DNA from: Candidatus Dadabacteria bacterium
Lineage (GTDB): Bacteria; Desulfobacterota_D; UBA1144; Nemesobacterales; CSP1-2
Length of the DNA: 64,000 nt
Assembly: GCA_963805855.1 (NCBI GenBank)
Contig: CAWDVW010000006.1
Span: 137,693 to 201,692, forward strand
Direction: 5' to 3'
Part shown: one piece after another, positions 10,931-21,476 of the stretch
Layout: every line of letters begins with the position of its first letter
Numbering within the stretch: the stretch's first letter is position 1
The notes under the pieces: generated by a model
Databases searched by the model: none
Told to the model about the DNA's origin: nothing
Seen by the model: only the letters and a program-made list of their open reading frames with translations
Program-made: the position numbers and the translations under genes

Positions 10931-11253
10931 GCTTGCTGCAGGGAGTTTCATTTATAAATATAGCAGGATAAATAGAAAGATAACTACCTATTTAGGTCGA
11001 TTAGAGAGTTTTATCGCCGGCTAAAACGGGGGATTTGATGAATGATATCAGTTCCTATATAATTTCAGACAAATTCTCCCGAGGATGAGATTTGTTTTGG
11101 GAACATACACGATGAACACTCAAGAGTCCTAATATCAAGTTGTTCCCTGTGTGATCATGATCTCAGATAAGCTTTAAGGGCTTCATGTGTTTATCAAACC
11201 GCAATCTTTAAACATTAGTGTAAGGAGCAGGCTAGTACCTTTGGAGGTATGAT

Positions 11254-12015
11254 TTGAACGGAAAAAAACTCATCGTAGCAAATTGGAAGATGAACTTGTT
11301 GCGAAAAGACTCTGAAAAATTTGCTATTAAGGTCGTTGAGCTGATTAAGGATTATACTCCAAACGTTGATGTAGTATTGGCTCCTGCGTATACTTTACTC
11401 GACGTTGTCTATGACGTAATTCATAGAACGGATATTCAACTCGGGGCACAGGATGTGTTTTGGAAGGACTCGGGCGCATTTACAGGAGAGGTTTCTCCGT
11501 ATATGCTAAAGGATGTGGGTTGTGATTGGGCGATTATAGGTCATTCGGAGAGAAGGAATATATTAAAAGAAACTGACAATATGATCCGAGAAAAGATTCA
11601 GGCAACGTTGAAGGCGGGGCTAAAAGCAATTCTTTGTGTTGGTGAGACAGAAGAAGAAAGGGCAAAGGGAAAAACTGTCAAAACTGTTGAGGGTCAATTG
11701 GTCAGCGGTCTGAAGGATCAGGCGTTGGGCGATATTTCAAGTCTTGCGATAGCATACGAGCCCGTGTGGGCTATTGGGACGGGGAAGAATGCGACACCAG
11801 GGGAAATTGCCTATGTTCATTCGGTCATCAAGGATGTATCAAGAGGCATTTTACGAGTATCTGCTGATAAACTAAGAATCCTCTATGGTGGAAGTGTTAC
11901 TCATGAAAATATAAGAGAGATTATCTCAACAGAAAATGTTGATGGGGCTTTGGTTGGTGGTGCCAGTCTTGATGCATATGCATTTTCAAATATAGTAAAG
12001 GTAGCAGGAGATTAA
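11254..12015 (+). CDS. tpiA: Triosephosphate isomerase
   Basis: IGHSERR and AYEPVWAIGTG motifs; TTG start with GGAGG RBS. Confidence 0.95.
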   Translation: MNGKKLIVANWKMNLLRKDSEKFAIKVVELIKDYTPNVDVVLAPAYTLLDVVYDVIHRTDIQLGAQDVFWKDSGAFTGEVSPYMLKDVGCDWAIIGHSERRNILKETDNMIREKIQATLKAGLKAILCVGETEEERAKGKTVKTVEGQLVSGLKDQALGDISSLAIAYEPVWAIGTGKNATPGEIAYVHSVIKDVSRGILRVSADKLRILYGGSVTHENIREIISTENVDGALVGGASLDAYAFSNIVKVAGD

Positions 12016-12021
12016 CGGGAC

Positions 12022-12447
12022 GTGGATATATTAATAACTCTTATTACGGTATTTCATATTGCGATTGCAATATTACTAGTAATAACCGTACTGCTTCAAC
12101 CCGGAAAGGGTGGAGATCTTGGTTCGATGTTTGGCGGCGGCATGTCAGACTCGATATTTGGTTCTAGCGGTGCGGTTCCATTCTTAACAAAGACAACCAG
12201 GGTTCTTGCCGTTCTGTTCCTTGTAACTTCTCTTTCGCTTGGATTTTTCTTAACGAGAGACTATAAATCTTCGGTCGTGAAGGATCAGCCCGCTGCCCAA
12301 ATTCATGACGAGTTTGAAGAATTACCAGGGGCGGCTGAACCCGGAACTCAGGATGTCTCGTCAACGAGTCCCGGGGTGGAGGAGGGGAAATCATCATCGG
12401 CTGATGAAGCATCTGAGACTGTTCCCAAAGGGGATTCTAAGAACTAA
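12022..12447 (+). CDS. secG: Preprotein translocase subunit SecG
   Basis: N-terminal TM plus LLQPGKGGDLGSMFGGG motif; conserved tpiA-secG synteny. Confidence 0.85.
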   Translation: MDILITLITVFHIAIAILLVITVLLQPGKGGDLGSMFGGGMSDSIFGSSGAVPFLTKTTRVLAVLFLVTSLSLGFFLTRDYKSSVVKDQPAAQIHDEFEELPGAAEPGTQDVSSTSPGVEEGKSSSADEASETVPKGDSKN

Positions 12448-12483
12448 ATTCTCTGTATTTTAGTGATGTGGCAACTAAATACT

Positions 12484-12512
12484 TGAATACTTTTGGGTAG
12501 TTGAGTATATTT
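12484..12512 (+). promoter_or_regulatory. Sigma-70-like promoter for the ferredoxin gene
   Basis: TTGAAT (12484-12489), 17-nt spacer, TATATT (12507-12512), about 28 nt upstream of RBS AAGGAGG. Confidence 0.4.
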
Positions 12513-12539
12513 ACTGCTTAATTCAAGGAGGTTATTGAT

Positions 12540-12803
12540 ATGGCCTATATCATTGCTGAGCCCTGTATTACGGTAAAGGATAAATCCTGCGTCGAAGCTT
12601 GCCCCGTGGATTGCATTTATGAAGGGGATGAGCAGCTTTATATCCATCCAGAAGAATGTATTGATTGCGGTGCTTGCGTTGATCCGTGTCCCGTTGATGC
12701 GATATTTCACGAAGATGAACTTCCCGACAAGTGGAAAAGTTTTATTGAGAAGAACAAGAATTTCTTTGAAGGAAAAACTGACTTGGAACCGGCTCGTAAA
12801 TAG
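12540..12803 (+). CDS. 7Fe ferredoxin (FdxA-like, 3Fe-4S plus 4Fe-4S)
   Basis: CxxxxxxCxxxCP and [12 protein letters not shown] cluster motifs, 87 aa. Confidence 0.85.
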   Translation: MAYIIAEPCITVKDKSCVEACPVDCIYEGDEQLYIHPEECIDCGACVDPCPVDAIFHEDELPDKWKSFIEKNKNFFEGKTDLEPARK

Positions 12804-12929
12804 CATTTGGAAATCCAACGTTTGTTTGCCCACTCTTTTGGTTTCTTTAACTATTAAATCAAACTCAAATTAGATATCTTAAGAGGAGGTATGCCGATTA
12901 AGCATATGCCCCTTCTTATAAATTGATTT

Positions 12930-13637
12930 GTGGCTCGGGATAACCAGTTAAAGAGCACCAAATCCTCACGTGATGCGATGCACAACCTAGACAACGATAT
13001 TGATGCAAAAAAGAAAAGGGTTAAGAGAATATTAGATGTTTTTAGAAAACTGTATCCCAGTCCAAAATGTCACTTGAATTTCAATAGTCCACTCGAGCTT
13101 CTGATTGGAACCATACTTTCAGCTCAATGCACTGATGAAAGAGTAAATCAAGTGACCAGGACGCTGTTCAAAAAGTATAGATCCGCCAGGGATTATGCTA
13201 AAGCAAACCCGCAAGAGCTAGAGAATGACATACGTACAACCGGATTCTTTAGAAACAAGGCAAGGTCGATTATAAAGTGCACCAAAATCCTGGATGAAAA
13301 GTATTCGGGTGAGGTTCCTTTCGTCATGGAAGAACTCACAGAGCTTGATGGAGTCGGAAGGAAGACTGCTAATGTTGTTCTAGGCAACGCTTTTGGAAAG
13401 CCTGCTATAATTGTTGATACACATATTAGGAGGCTAGCGCATAGGTTGGGTCTCTCGAATAAGAAAGACCCGGATAGGATAGAAATCGATATCAGGGATT
13501 TAGTGCCCAGAGATCAATGGACCTATTTCTCACTTGCCCTTGGAGATCACGGCCGAACGATTTGTAAAGCTAGAAAACCGAACTGCGCGGAGTGCAAGAT
13601 TAATCAACTGTGTCCCTCGGCTTGGACATTTGATTAG
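12930..13637 (+). CDS. nth: Endonuclease III (DNA glycosylase/AP lyase)
   Basis: HhH-GPD motif LDGVGRKTANVVL, C-terminal Cx6Cx2Cx5C Fe-S cluster loop; GTG start. Confidence 0.9.
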   Translation: MARDNQLKSTKSSRDAMHNLDNDIDAKKKRVKRILDVFRKLYPSPKCHLNFNSPLELLIGTILSAQCTDERVNQVTRTLFKKYRSARDYAKANPQELENDIRTTGFFRNKARSIIKCTKILDEKYSGEVPFVMEELTELDGVGRKTANVVLGNAFGKPAIIVDTHIRRLAHRLGLSNKKDPDRIEIDIRDLVPRDQWTYFSLALGDHGRTICKARKPNCAECKINQLCPSAWTFD

Positions 13638-13658
13638 ATATTTATTTAAATTGTAGAA

Positions 13659-14627
13659 ATGCAAAAGTTTTTGATGATGAAGAGAAGATACAACGCCTAC
13701 AGCAATTTCCTAAAGGAGAAATTCGGCTGCAGGGTCCATAAGGTTTCTGTAGATATGGGATTTACATGCCCAAACAGGGATGGCAGTATTGCGCTAGGCG
13801 GTTGTGTTTACTGTAATAACGATACGTTTGTTCCCCCTTATGCCCGCGTGCGATTCTCGATGCAGGAACAGATAGAAAATGGGATGAGATATCTGAAAAA
13901 GAGGTTTAAGGCTGAGAAATTTATAATATATTTTCAGGCTTATACAAATACATATGACCGGATTGAGAAATTGGAAAAGTTATACAGGGAATCACTCGGT
14001 TATGGCGATGTTGTGGGTATTGCGGTTGGAACCAGGTCCGATTGCATCGATGAGAAAAAGATGGAATTGTTTGAGGCTTTGGCTGATGAGTGCTTCGTGT
14101 CAGTCGAGTATGGAATAGAATCTATATATGACAAGACCCTGCGTTTTATGAACAGAGGTCATGATTATCAATCTGTCATAGATGCAATTGAGCTTACGAA
14201 GGGAAGAGGAGTACATATTGGGGCGCATATAATCCTGGGCATGCCCACTGAAACTGGAGAAGAGATGCTGCTTATGGCAGAAGAGGTATCAAAGTTGGGG
14301 ATAGACTCATTAAAAATTCACAATCTCCACGTAGTAAAAAATACTCCTCTTGCTGAGATTTACAAAAATTCACCTTTTCATCTTTTCAGTTATCACGAAT
14401 ATATCGATCTTATCACTAGCTTCCTTGAACGTATTTCTCCCGACCTTGTAATTGAAAGGCTATTTACCGACACGCCTGAAGATCTCCTGATAGCCCCTGT
14501 TTGGAACAAGACCCATAATGCGATAATGCGTGCAATAGAGGAAGCGCTTGAATGGAAGAATACTTATCAGGGTAGGTTGTTTAATCACAATGAAAGCTTG
14601 GGGGAAAAGGCTCCCGTTCGTAGATAA
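13659..14627 (+). CDS. Radical SAM protein, TIGR01212 (YhcC-like) family
   Basis: FTCPNRDGSIALGGCVYCN cluster-binding region characteristic of this family. Confidence 0.8.
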   Translation: MQKFLMMKRRYNAYSNFLKEKFGCRVHKVSVDMGFTCPNRDGSIALGGCVYCNNDTFVPPYARVRFSMQEQIENGMRYLKKRFKAEKFIIYFQAYTNTYDRIEKLEKLYRESLGYGDVVGIAVGTRSDCIDEKKMELFEALADECFVSVEYGIESIYDKTLRFMNRGHDYQSVIDAIELTKGRGVHIGAHIILGMPTETGEEMLLMAEEVSKLGIDSLKIHNLHVVKNTPLAEIYKNSPFHLFSYHEYIDLITSFLERISPDLVIERLFTDTPEDLLIAPVWNKTHNAIMRAIEEALEWKNTYQGRLFNHNESLGEKAPVRR

Positions 14628-14722
14628 ATAATTTTTTCAATCGAAATTAATAGAGTTAAAACCTTTTCCGATATTGATCGTATTACCTATTAGGCTTAAA
14701 AAATCAAAAAAATGAGAGTCTG

Positions 14723-15358
14723 TTGACAGATTTTGCCGAAAAGAAAGAGCCCACAGACGAAGAGGCCATGGTTAGGTTTCAAAATGGAGACTCAGCAGCT
14801 TTTGATGTTCTTCTCCACCAGCATAGCGCTGCTATTCTTAGATTTATAATGAATATGATGACAGTTAATAAATCGAATGCTGAAGATCTATTACAAGAAA
14901 TATTCATGAAGGTCATAAAAAATAGAAAGCAATACGATTCAAACAGGAAATTTACCACTTGGCTTTATACCATAGCTAGGAACCGCTGCATAGATTACCT
15001 CAAGGCGGAAAAACACAGGCGCTACAGCTCCCTGGATGCTCCTCTCAATAGTGAGGCTAGCGACGGTTCAGTTCAATTGGAGATTGTTAGAAGCAAAGAG
15101 AAAAATCAGGAAGAAAAAATGATGAATAAGGAGATACGGGCAATACTCAACAGCGGAGTCGAAAATTTAAGAGCAGAGTTTAGGGAGGTCTTTTTGCTAA
15201 GGGAAATCGAGAGCCTTTCTCTTAAAGAGATTGCTGACATTACAAATGTCCCAATCGGTACTGTAAAAAGCCGCCTTAGATATGCTTATTTGAATCTCAG
15301 GGAGATTTTTATTCAGGCTGGTTATTTTGAGGAAGGGCAAATGGCTAAAGGGGTGTAA
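14723..15358 (+). CDS. ECF-type RNA polymerase sigma factor
   Basis: Sigma-70 region 2 (DLLQEIFMKV...WLYTIARNRCIDYLK) and region 4 (LSLKEIADITNVPIGTVKSRL); TTG start. Confidence 0.85.
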   Translation: MTDFAEKKEPTDEEAMVRFQNGDSAAFDVLLHQHSAAILRFIMNMMTVNKSNAEDLLQEIFMKVIKNRKQYDSNRKFTTWLYTIARNRCIDYLKAEKHRRYSSLDAPLNSEASDGSVQLEIVRSKEKNQEEKMMNKEIRAILNSGVENLRAEFREVFLLREIESLSLKEIADITNVPIGTVKSRLRYAYLNLREIFIQAGYFEEGQMAKGV

Positions 15359-15367
15359 AAGGCAATT

Positions 15368-16468
15368 ATGAGTTGTGAGAAATTTGAGGAGCTTTTAATC
15401 GATTTCATAGAGGGTGTAATTGAGCCATCCGATATCGAATTGGTCAAAAAGCATCTTGCCACATGTCAAAACTGTTGTAAAAAGATGGATGAATTTAAGG
15501 AGGTTAGAAAGGTATTTAATGGAGATACCCATCCAGAGCCATCTCCAGAGGTGTTGGCGAGATTATCAAGGATAGCCAGAGAAGAGTTAGAAAAAGATAA
15601 TGTTCCCTTCTGGAGGAAGTGGTTTTATTCTCCAATTTTAGTTCCAGTCCTTAGTGCTGGTTTGGCACTGGGTATATGGATTTCCTATGGCCAAAAAGAT
15701 GTGAGGTATGGTCCCGATGACGCAATATACTCAACGGAGGTTATGGCTAAAAAGATGCCTAGGGCACAAGAGTCGCATTTCCGAGCCGTTCGGGAAGAAG
15801 CTGTTCCAAATTTAGAATCCAATCAAGGTCTGTCATTGTCTGATGAACCCGTCTCTGCGCCTTATCTCGCTTCCGGAAAGAAAAGCAGAATCGAAGAAGA
15901 AACGACAACAAGATCTGGCGAGCCTGCTCCTGCCAAAGAAGTGATTGCCAGAGGGGATATCAAAGAAGATGATGAATATTCCCTGCACAGAGATGAGGTT
16001 TCTGACAAGTTGGAAGCTAAAGCAATTGAAGAACCGGCTTCGGGACCGAAAATTGAAGCTGAAGAGGAGGCTTTTGAAGTTGGATCACTGTCGAAAGGAA
16101 TATCTGGTGAGACAGAAGAGCAGAGGTCCCAAGAAGTTAAGCAAAAATCCAATATACCGACCTCATATTCATATACTGAAACGGCCTATAAAGATAAATT
16201 GGATTTAGGGCTCAAGCAGCAAAAAGAAGGGAACTGTGAGGCATCTATAAAGACGAATGAAGGGCTTGTTAATGTAACACCACCTCCAACGGACCCAATA
16301 ATGGGAAAAGCTTACCTTTCCTTAGGCGAGTGTTATGAGCAACTGCGAGAGTGGGACAAGGCTGTAATTAGTTATAAAAATCTCCAGAAGATATCTCCGG
16401 AGCAGACTGCTTTTGCTTTAGATAAAATCGAATACATCAAGCGGCAAACGAGGATTTTAAAGAAGTAG
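15368..16468 (+). CDS. Putative anti-sigma factor (zf-HC2 type) with TM helix and C-terminal TPR-like domain
   Basis: N-terminal HLATCQNCC zinc-finger motif, one TM segment, directly downstream of the ECF sigma. Confidence 0.7.
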   Translation: MSCEKFEELLIDFIEGVIEPSDIELVKKHLATCQNCCKKMDEFKEVRKVFNGDTHPEPSPEVLARLSRIAREELEKDNVPFWRKWFYSPILVPVLSAGLALGIWISYGQKDVRYGPDDAIYSTEVMAKKMPRAQESHFRAVREEAVPNLESNQGLSLSDEPVSAPYLASGKKSRIEEETTTRSGEPAPAKEVIARGDIKEDDEYSLHRDEVSDKLEAKAIEEPASGPKIEAEEEAFEVGSLSKGISGETEEQRSQEVKQKSNIPTSYSYTETAYKDKLDLGLKQQKEGNCEASIKTNEGLVNVTPPPTDPIMGKAYLSLGECYEQLREWDKAVISYKNLQKISPEQTAFALDKIEYIKRQTRILKK

Positions 16469-16669
16469 CGACGGAAGATGCCGAACAATCCAAGCGCAAT
16501 CGAGGGATTGCTTTAGTTATTTCACTCCCTCGCAAATTGAAGCAATCCCATTAGTCAGGATTATTACGAGAGGGCCACACGAGATGAGCACTGAGTCAAT
16601 CGACGTGCTCGCAATTTTAAAAACCAGATATTTCCGGGATAAGATCTTTAAGAGTATTTTCTTAATTTA

Positions 16670-16930
16670 TCTTTTTTTTCTTTCTAACTTCTTTGTCTTG
16701 ATACAAAGAAGCAACCCTTCGACTGTGCTCAGGACAAGGGCTTACAAAAAACGCTTGCGTATCGAGCGAATGCGAGATATCTATTGCTATAATTAATTAG
16801 TTCTCTCAGTCACTTTGCTCCTTCGAGATGACAGTAATGATTGTCACTTTTCTTAACGCTTCCGGAATTGATTTTGGCAATTTTTTGAATGCCCATATAA
16901 GATCTAACAGACTGACCACTAAATATCTAA
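16670..16930 (+). repeat. Noncoding repeat family 1, copy B (shorter, lacks left arm)
   Basis: Shares about 230 bp with copies A and C, including the TGCTATAAT box. Confidence 0.85.
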
Positions 16931-17196
16931 CTTCTGCAATGACTGCAAGGACTTGATCTAAAATTGAAGATACCATGCTGCTTGCTGCGGGGGCTTGCTC
17001 AATTTGACATAGTTCAATATGGGGCTGAAGTCGCTCCCACTTTCTGAATTATCCTAAAAAGTAAATCATCACTTTTTTTATTTAAAATCCCTCGGTAGTG
17101 TTATTTTGTGACAATCTGTGGCTGAAAGAATTCATTCATTTTAAAACCTTTCTTAAGTTCATTCGTATTAATCCATAAAATCCAAAAAAAGAGGGA

Positions 17197-17868
17197 ATGG
17201 AAATGGCATTAAAAAATCGGATGGGGTTTCTCATCAAATCACAGCTCAACCACTTGGTGACAAGATCTGAAGACCCTGAGAAAGTCATTAATCAGGCGGT
17301 AGAAGAGATTGATGATGGGCTGGAAAGTGCAAGATCAAGACTATCAGCACTTAAATTCAGAGTGGAAGAAGATCGACGTCTGCTAGAGAGGATCGGGGAG
17401 CAAATTTCCTATTGGGAGGAAAAGGCAGAACGGTTTATCGAAGATGATATGGAAGAAAATGCAAAAGAAGCGGTGAGGATGAGAAGAATCCTAGAAGGGC
17501 AACAGTGGGATATAAAGATCAGGCATGTAGAAGATGAAGAGAGGCTTAAAGAAATGGGTATTTCGCTTAAAGAGCTCGAAACCAGGGCACAGGTGGTAAG
17601 GGCCAAAAGAAATATTCTTATTAAAAAAATGAGTCTGGGTAAAGGTGAAACACATGAGGGAAGGGAAAAAAGGGATATAACTTTCGGTATCGAAGTTAAA
17701 GAACCTTTCAGCGTTTTCCACAAGATGGAAGAAAGGATAGAAGGCGAGGAAGGGTTCGATTATTTATTCCATGATAAGCAAAGGGAGATGTGGGAAAAGG
17801 AGGAGAATCTCATCAATGAGGAAATTGCAAGAATAAAAAGAAAAATAAAAAAGGAGGGAGAAAAATGA
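17197..17868 (+). CDS. pspA: PspA/IM30/Vipp1-family protein
   Basis: N-terminal LNHLVTRSEDPEKVINQAVEEIDDGL... coiled-coil typical of PspA; RBS GAGGGA. Confidence 0.8.
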   Translation: MEMALKNRMGFLIKSQLNHLVTRSEDPEKVINQAVEEIDDGLESARSRLSALKFRVEEDRRLLERIGEQISYWEEKAERFIEDDMEENAKEAVRMRRILEGQQWDIKIRHVEDEERLKEMGISLKELETRAQVVRAKRNILIKKMSLGKGETHEGREKRDITFGIEVKEPFSVFHKMEERIEGEEGFDYLFHDKQREMWEKEENLINEEIARIKRKIKKEGEK

Positions 17869-19244
17869 TACGTAAAAGAAAATCGTTATTGTTATTTTTT
17901 TTAGGGACGTTTGCCTTTCTGGTCGGGGCTAGGTACATAGTAGCATTTCCAAAAATTTCTCATCCGTTAAATTCGACCACGGATAGTGTCATATGGAACG
18001 TCGGATTGAACCGGCCATTTTTACAGAGGGGTTCGAATAGTGAGGTTTTGCTAAACTTAAAAATAAAGGGGCAGGAATTTAGCTCCCACCAAAGGGCTCC
18101 TGTAAATCTTGTTCTTGTTATTGATAGAAGTGGTTCGATGAGTGATAGTGGAAAGCTGGAGTATGCTAAAGACGCAGCGAAAACTATTATTTCAGGACTG
18201 GCAAGCAAAGATCGACTATCAGTTGTTGCATATTCTACTGGGGTTCAGCTGCTATATCCTATTCAGTATTTAAGGGATAAAGAAAGAGCTATATCAGTAG
18301 TTGATTCCCTGTATCCCACTGATTCGACAAACCTATCTGGAGGGTTGATCATGGGGATTGATCAGTTAAGGTCGCTTGAGAGCAGCGATTACATTAACCG
18401 GGTAATTTTACTCTCAGATGGATTGGCGAATGTTGGTATAACAAGCGCAGCCGAACTCAGTCGCGTCGCCAGTCAGGCGGCTGAAAGAGGGATCCATGTA
18501 ACTACTATGGGACTTGGATTACACTATGATGAAAACCTTATGATGAACCTGGCTGAACACGGTGCGGGAAACTACTACTTTATTGAGTCTCCAACACAGC
18601 TCGCAGGCATTTTCAAAAAGGAATTCGGTCAAATGCTTGCAACAGTGGCAAAGGATTCCGTGATAAATCTTTCTCTATCCCCTGAGGTTGAGCTTAAAGA
18701 AATTTTTGGATACACACACACAACAAAAGATGGTTTTATTCAGATCAATTTGGGCGATCTGTACAGCGGACAGGAAAGAAACATCTTGATTAAATTGAAT
18801 GCACCGACAGGTAGCATAGGAAAACATCAGCTTGTTAACGCTTCATTAGAGTTTACCGACATATTGAACAATAACCACAATGTCAAATTAGAGAAGAAAC
18901 TTGCCTATCAAGTAACAGAGGATAAAACCAAGGTAATGGCTAACGAGGATAAAAAGATTTCTGCCAGGGGTTCTTCAGTAAATGCAGCGTACGACCTCTA
19001 CCGAGCCACCACTGAATACGAAAAGGGAAATAGAAGGGATGCTCTAAGTAGAGTCAAAAGGGCATTACAGAGTGTAGTTGAAATTAATAACTCTCCTCAA
19101 AAGAGCGATGATACAGTGAAGCAGGAAGAGGTTCTTAGAGGTGCAATGGAAGTTCTTGCAGACGAAGCTCTAGCTCCAGGTACACCATCAGGAAAGAAGA
19201 TAATAAAGGAATACAAAGCAGAGTCGAGAGAACAGCAGAAATAG
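17865..19244 (+). CDS. Membrane-anchored von Willebrand factor type A (VWA) domain protein
   Basis: N-terminal TM; MIDAS-type motifs LVIDRSGSM and LLSDGLAN; 4-nt overlap with pspA. Confidence 0.8.
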   Translation: MIRKRKSLLLFFLGTFAFLVGARYIVAFPKISHPLNSTTDSVIWNVGLNRPFLQRGSNSEVLLNLKIKGQEFSSHQRAPVNLVLVIDRSGSMSDSGKLEYAKDAAKTIISGLASKDRLSVVAYSTGVQLLYPIQYLRDKERAISVVDSLYPTDSTNLSGGLIMGIDQLRSLESSDYINRVILLSDGLANVGITSAAELSRVASQAAERGIHVTTMGLGLHYDENLMMNLAEHGAGNYYFIESPTQLAGIFKKEFGQMLATVAKDSVINLSLSPEVELKEIFGYTHTTKDGFIQINLGDLYSGQERNILIKLNAPTGSIGKHQLVNASLEFTDILNNNHNVKLEKKLAYQVTEDKTKVMANEDKKISARGSSVNAAYDLYRATTEYEKGNRRDALSRVKRALQSVVEINNSPQKSDDTVKQEEVLRGAMEVLADEALAPGTPSGKKIIKEYKAESREQQK

Positions 19245-19316
19245 TGTTGTTAGTTATCCATAATGTAGAGTGGTTTTTTCGATTGTCACGGTGAAAAGTT
19301 CATGGTTTCTTGGGAT

Positions 19317-19344
19317 AGGCGGGGTTTTCCAACCCCGCTTTTCC
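19317..19344 (+). terminator. Rho-independent terminator after the pspA-VWA operon
   Basis: GCGGGG-TTTTCCAA-CCCCGC followed by TTTTCC. Confidence 0.6.
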
Positions 19345-19518
19345 TTATATCAGAATTTAGTCTTGAAAATACGGGGCTGGAAAGTACCGTCTATCCATCG
19401 TGAGTTACGGTGAGTAGATCAATTAGAAAAATGTATTGGGACAAGGGTAAATATTCGTTAGCTAGCTACTTACCGATCATAATTATTAGTTAATAGCAAG
19501 CTATGTGGAGCGCAATTT

Positions 19519-20118
19519 ATGAAAAATAAACTAAAATCTTTTTTGGTTCCAATGATTATCGGTGGACTGTGGGGAGTTGTTATCTATCTTGTTTCTTCGC
19601 TAATTTTTTCTACTTTCCCTATTGCTTCTTCTCTTTTCTTTCCAGTTCTTTTTGGGGGTATTGCTGGAATTTTTTCGATTTGCGTCAGGACTGGGATTTC
19701 TGTCGAAAGAGCTATAATCGTTGGATTGTTGGCAGGGTCTATCTATAATCTACTTTCTCCGATTTTTCCTTTATTTGCATCAATTTTAGTTGGTGCCTGT
19801 ATAGGAGCAGGTTTAGGAAGGGGTTCAGGAAAAATTTTTAAGCTTCTAGATACATTGGTAAGAGCGATGAAGGGGGTCTTACTGTTCCCGATATTGATTT
19901 TTTTTGGGAATTTAGTTTCACAGTTTGGTTTCAGTATTTTTAATTCTAGTACTGTTGTTTGGTTTATTTGGGGATTTTTACTTTTTTTTGCAATCTATGT
20001 AACTTGTGCTCCATTTTTAGATAGCTGTAGATCAGAGGGAGATCGAGATACCTATATTATGTTAGATGAAATTAAAAGAGAAAGTCAGGGAATACTTGAG
20101 GAAATGCGTCGCTTGTGA
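19519..20118 (+). CDS. Integral membrane protein (Gly-rich TM helices), function unknown
   Basis: About 6 hydrophobic segments; no recognisable motif. Confidence 0.5.
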   Translation: MKNKLKSFLVPMIIGGLWGVVIYLVSSLIFSTFPIASSLFFPVLFGGIAGIFSICVRTGISVERAIIVGLLAGSIYNLLSPIFPLFASILVGACIGAGLGRGSGKIFKLLDTLVRAMKGVLLFPILIFFGNLVSQFGFSIFNSSTVVWFIWGFLLFFAIYVTCAPFLDSCRSEGDRDTYIMLDEIKRESQGILEEMRRL

Positions 20119-20204
20119 AATACCTATTAATAAATAAAATTGCGGTTGACATTACTCATTTTCTTTTAAATGGTGTAAAATAAGGGCAAGAAGGAGGAAA
20201 ATTC

Positions 20205-20654
20205 ATGAGAAAGTTGTATGTGTTAGCAATACTTTTGATAATTACTTCTTTTGCCTTATCTGCGAAACAAACCCAATCCCAAATGGGATATGAACCTGAG
20301 ACCGGCACAACAGCAAAAGAAAGGGAGAGAATTAAAAGAGACGTACAGGAAGTTATAAAAGAAAAAATGCCCGAGGTAAAACAAAATCCACAAAGATTAT
20401 ATTGTGCGGCATTATGGAATGCTTATTATGAGAAAGAAGGTTTGGAAATCCAGGTATTGACGCGAGGAGTGCACGATGAAGTCGTGGTATTTAGGTGTCC
20501 TGACTGCAGTTTGGAGAAAGAATTTGTAGATACCTTTTTAGTTTCGGAGTATCAAGGCAAAACCGGGATGGAGAGAATAAAAGAATGCGGGTTTTTAGTG
20601 GCGATCTTTAAAGGGGGGAGGGGAATACAGGAGATCATTAAACAAGTTCAGTGA
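20205..20654 (+). CDS. Secreted hypothetical protein
   Basis: Signal peptide; strong RBS AAGGAGG. Confidence 0.5.
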   Translation: MRKLYVLAILLIITSFALSAKQTQSQMGYEPETGTTAKERERIKRDVQEVIKEKMPEVKQNPQRLYCAALWNAYYEKEGLEIQVLTRGVHDEVVVFRCPDCSLEKEFVDTFLVSEYQGKTGMERIKECGFLVAIFKGGRGIQEIIKQVQ

Positions 20655-21041
20655 GTTTGGGGATACATGTTATTAGATCTGCTCTTTTGTTCGTGTAGGG
20701 GAAATCTCAATAGAAGAGGAAATGGTTCGAGCGTCGGTTTTAAGACCTCGCTGATGCATAGTTAATAGAGATCATTCGAAATTGCGGTATTCATTTTTTT
20801 CAATTCTCCGTGTCAACAATATAAAGATAATTAAAGATAAACCAACTGAATGATCTTTTTGGCTAATCTGTTTAGACTTTTTGGATTTTGACCTATAACT
20901 TATAACATAAATACGATGAAGAGTAATGTGACTTTTTCCACGTATCATGACGCAATTATAGCCTGAAAGAATGATGATTTATGCGGATGGATTCATCGTT
21001 GGTTTGATCTGTAACTCTCTATTAGCAGGGAGGCTATTTTA

Positions 21042-21272
21042 TTGAGTAAACCAGTGACTTTTCCTTTCGGTTGGATCAGAGACCTGGACGGTGAGAATTG
21101 GCAGCTCTTGTGGAATCCTGAGACGGGTATTTTTTTTGCAAAAGGGGCGATTTCAAAAAGGGTAATCAATTTAGGGGAGTCATCTAACTGGGTTGATGCA
21201 AAAGCCTTAGCCGATAAGGTTCAAAATGAAGCACAGATATATAGTCAAATATTGATCAATGAAAGCCCTTAG
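21042..21272 (+). CDS. Hypothetical small protein
   Basis: TTG start with GGGAGG RBS; no motif. Confidence 0.3.
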   Translation: MSKPVTFPFGWIRDLDGENWQLLWNPETGIFFAKGAISKRVINLGESSNWVDAKALADKVQNEAQIYSQILINESP

Positions 21273-21476
21273 ATTCATTCTTAGCTATCCTTTGCACTTT
21301 TTCTATCATACAATAACCAAGCTGATGATAATACTGTATCGACAGTTAATAGCGAAGACAGGCTTAGAATCTGGCTTATTTTCTGATATAACGTTGCCAA
21401 CAATATATTGGCCATTTAAATAAGTATTTAAATTTCATGTGTCTTTCTGGTTTGATATAAAAATCTTTCGTATTTT

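Noticed and set aside
10776-11024. 82-aa ORF (MTVMIVTFLNASG...) inside repeat family 1, with 24 N-terminal codons conserved in all three copies
   Set aside because: Conservation is at the nucleotide level as part of the repeat. The ORF has no RBS (CTCCTT precedes the ATG), and the reading frames diverge into unrelated, differently terminated tails in copies B and C.
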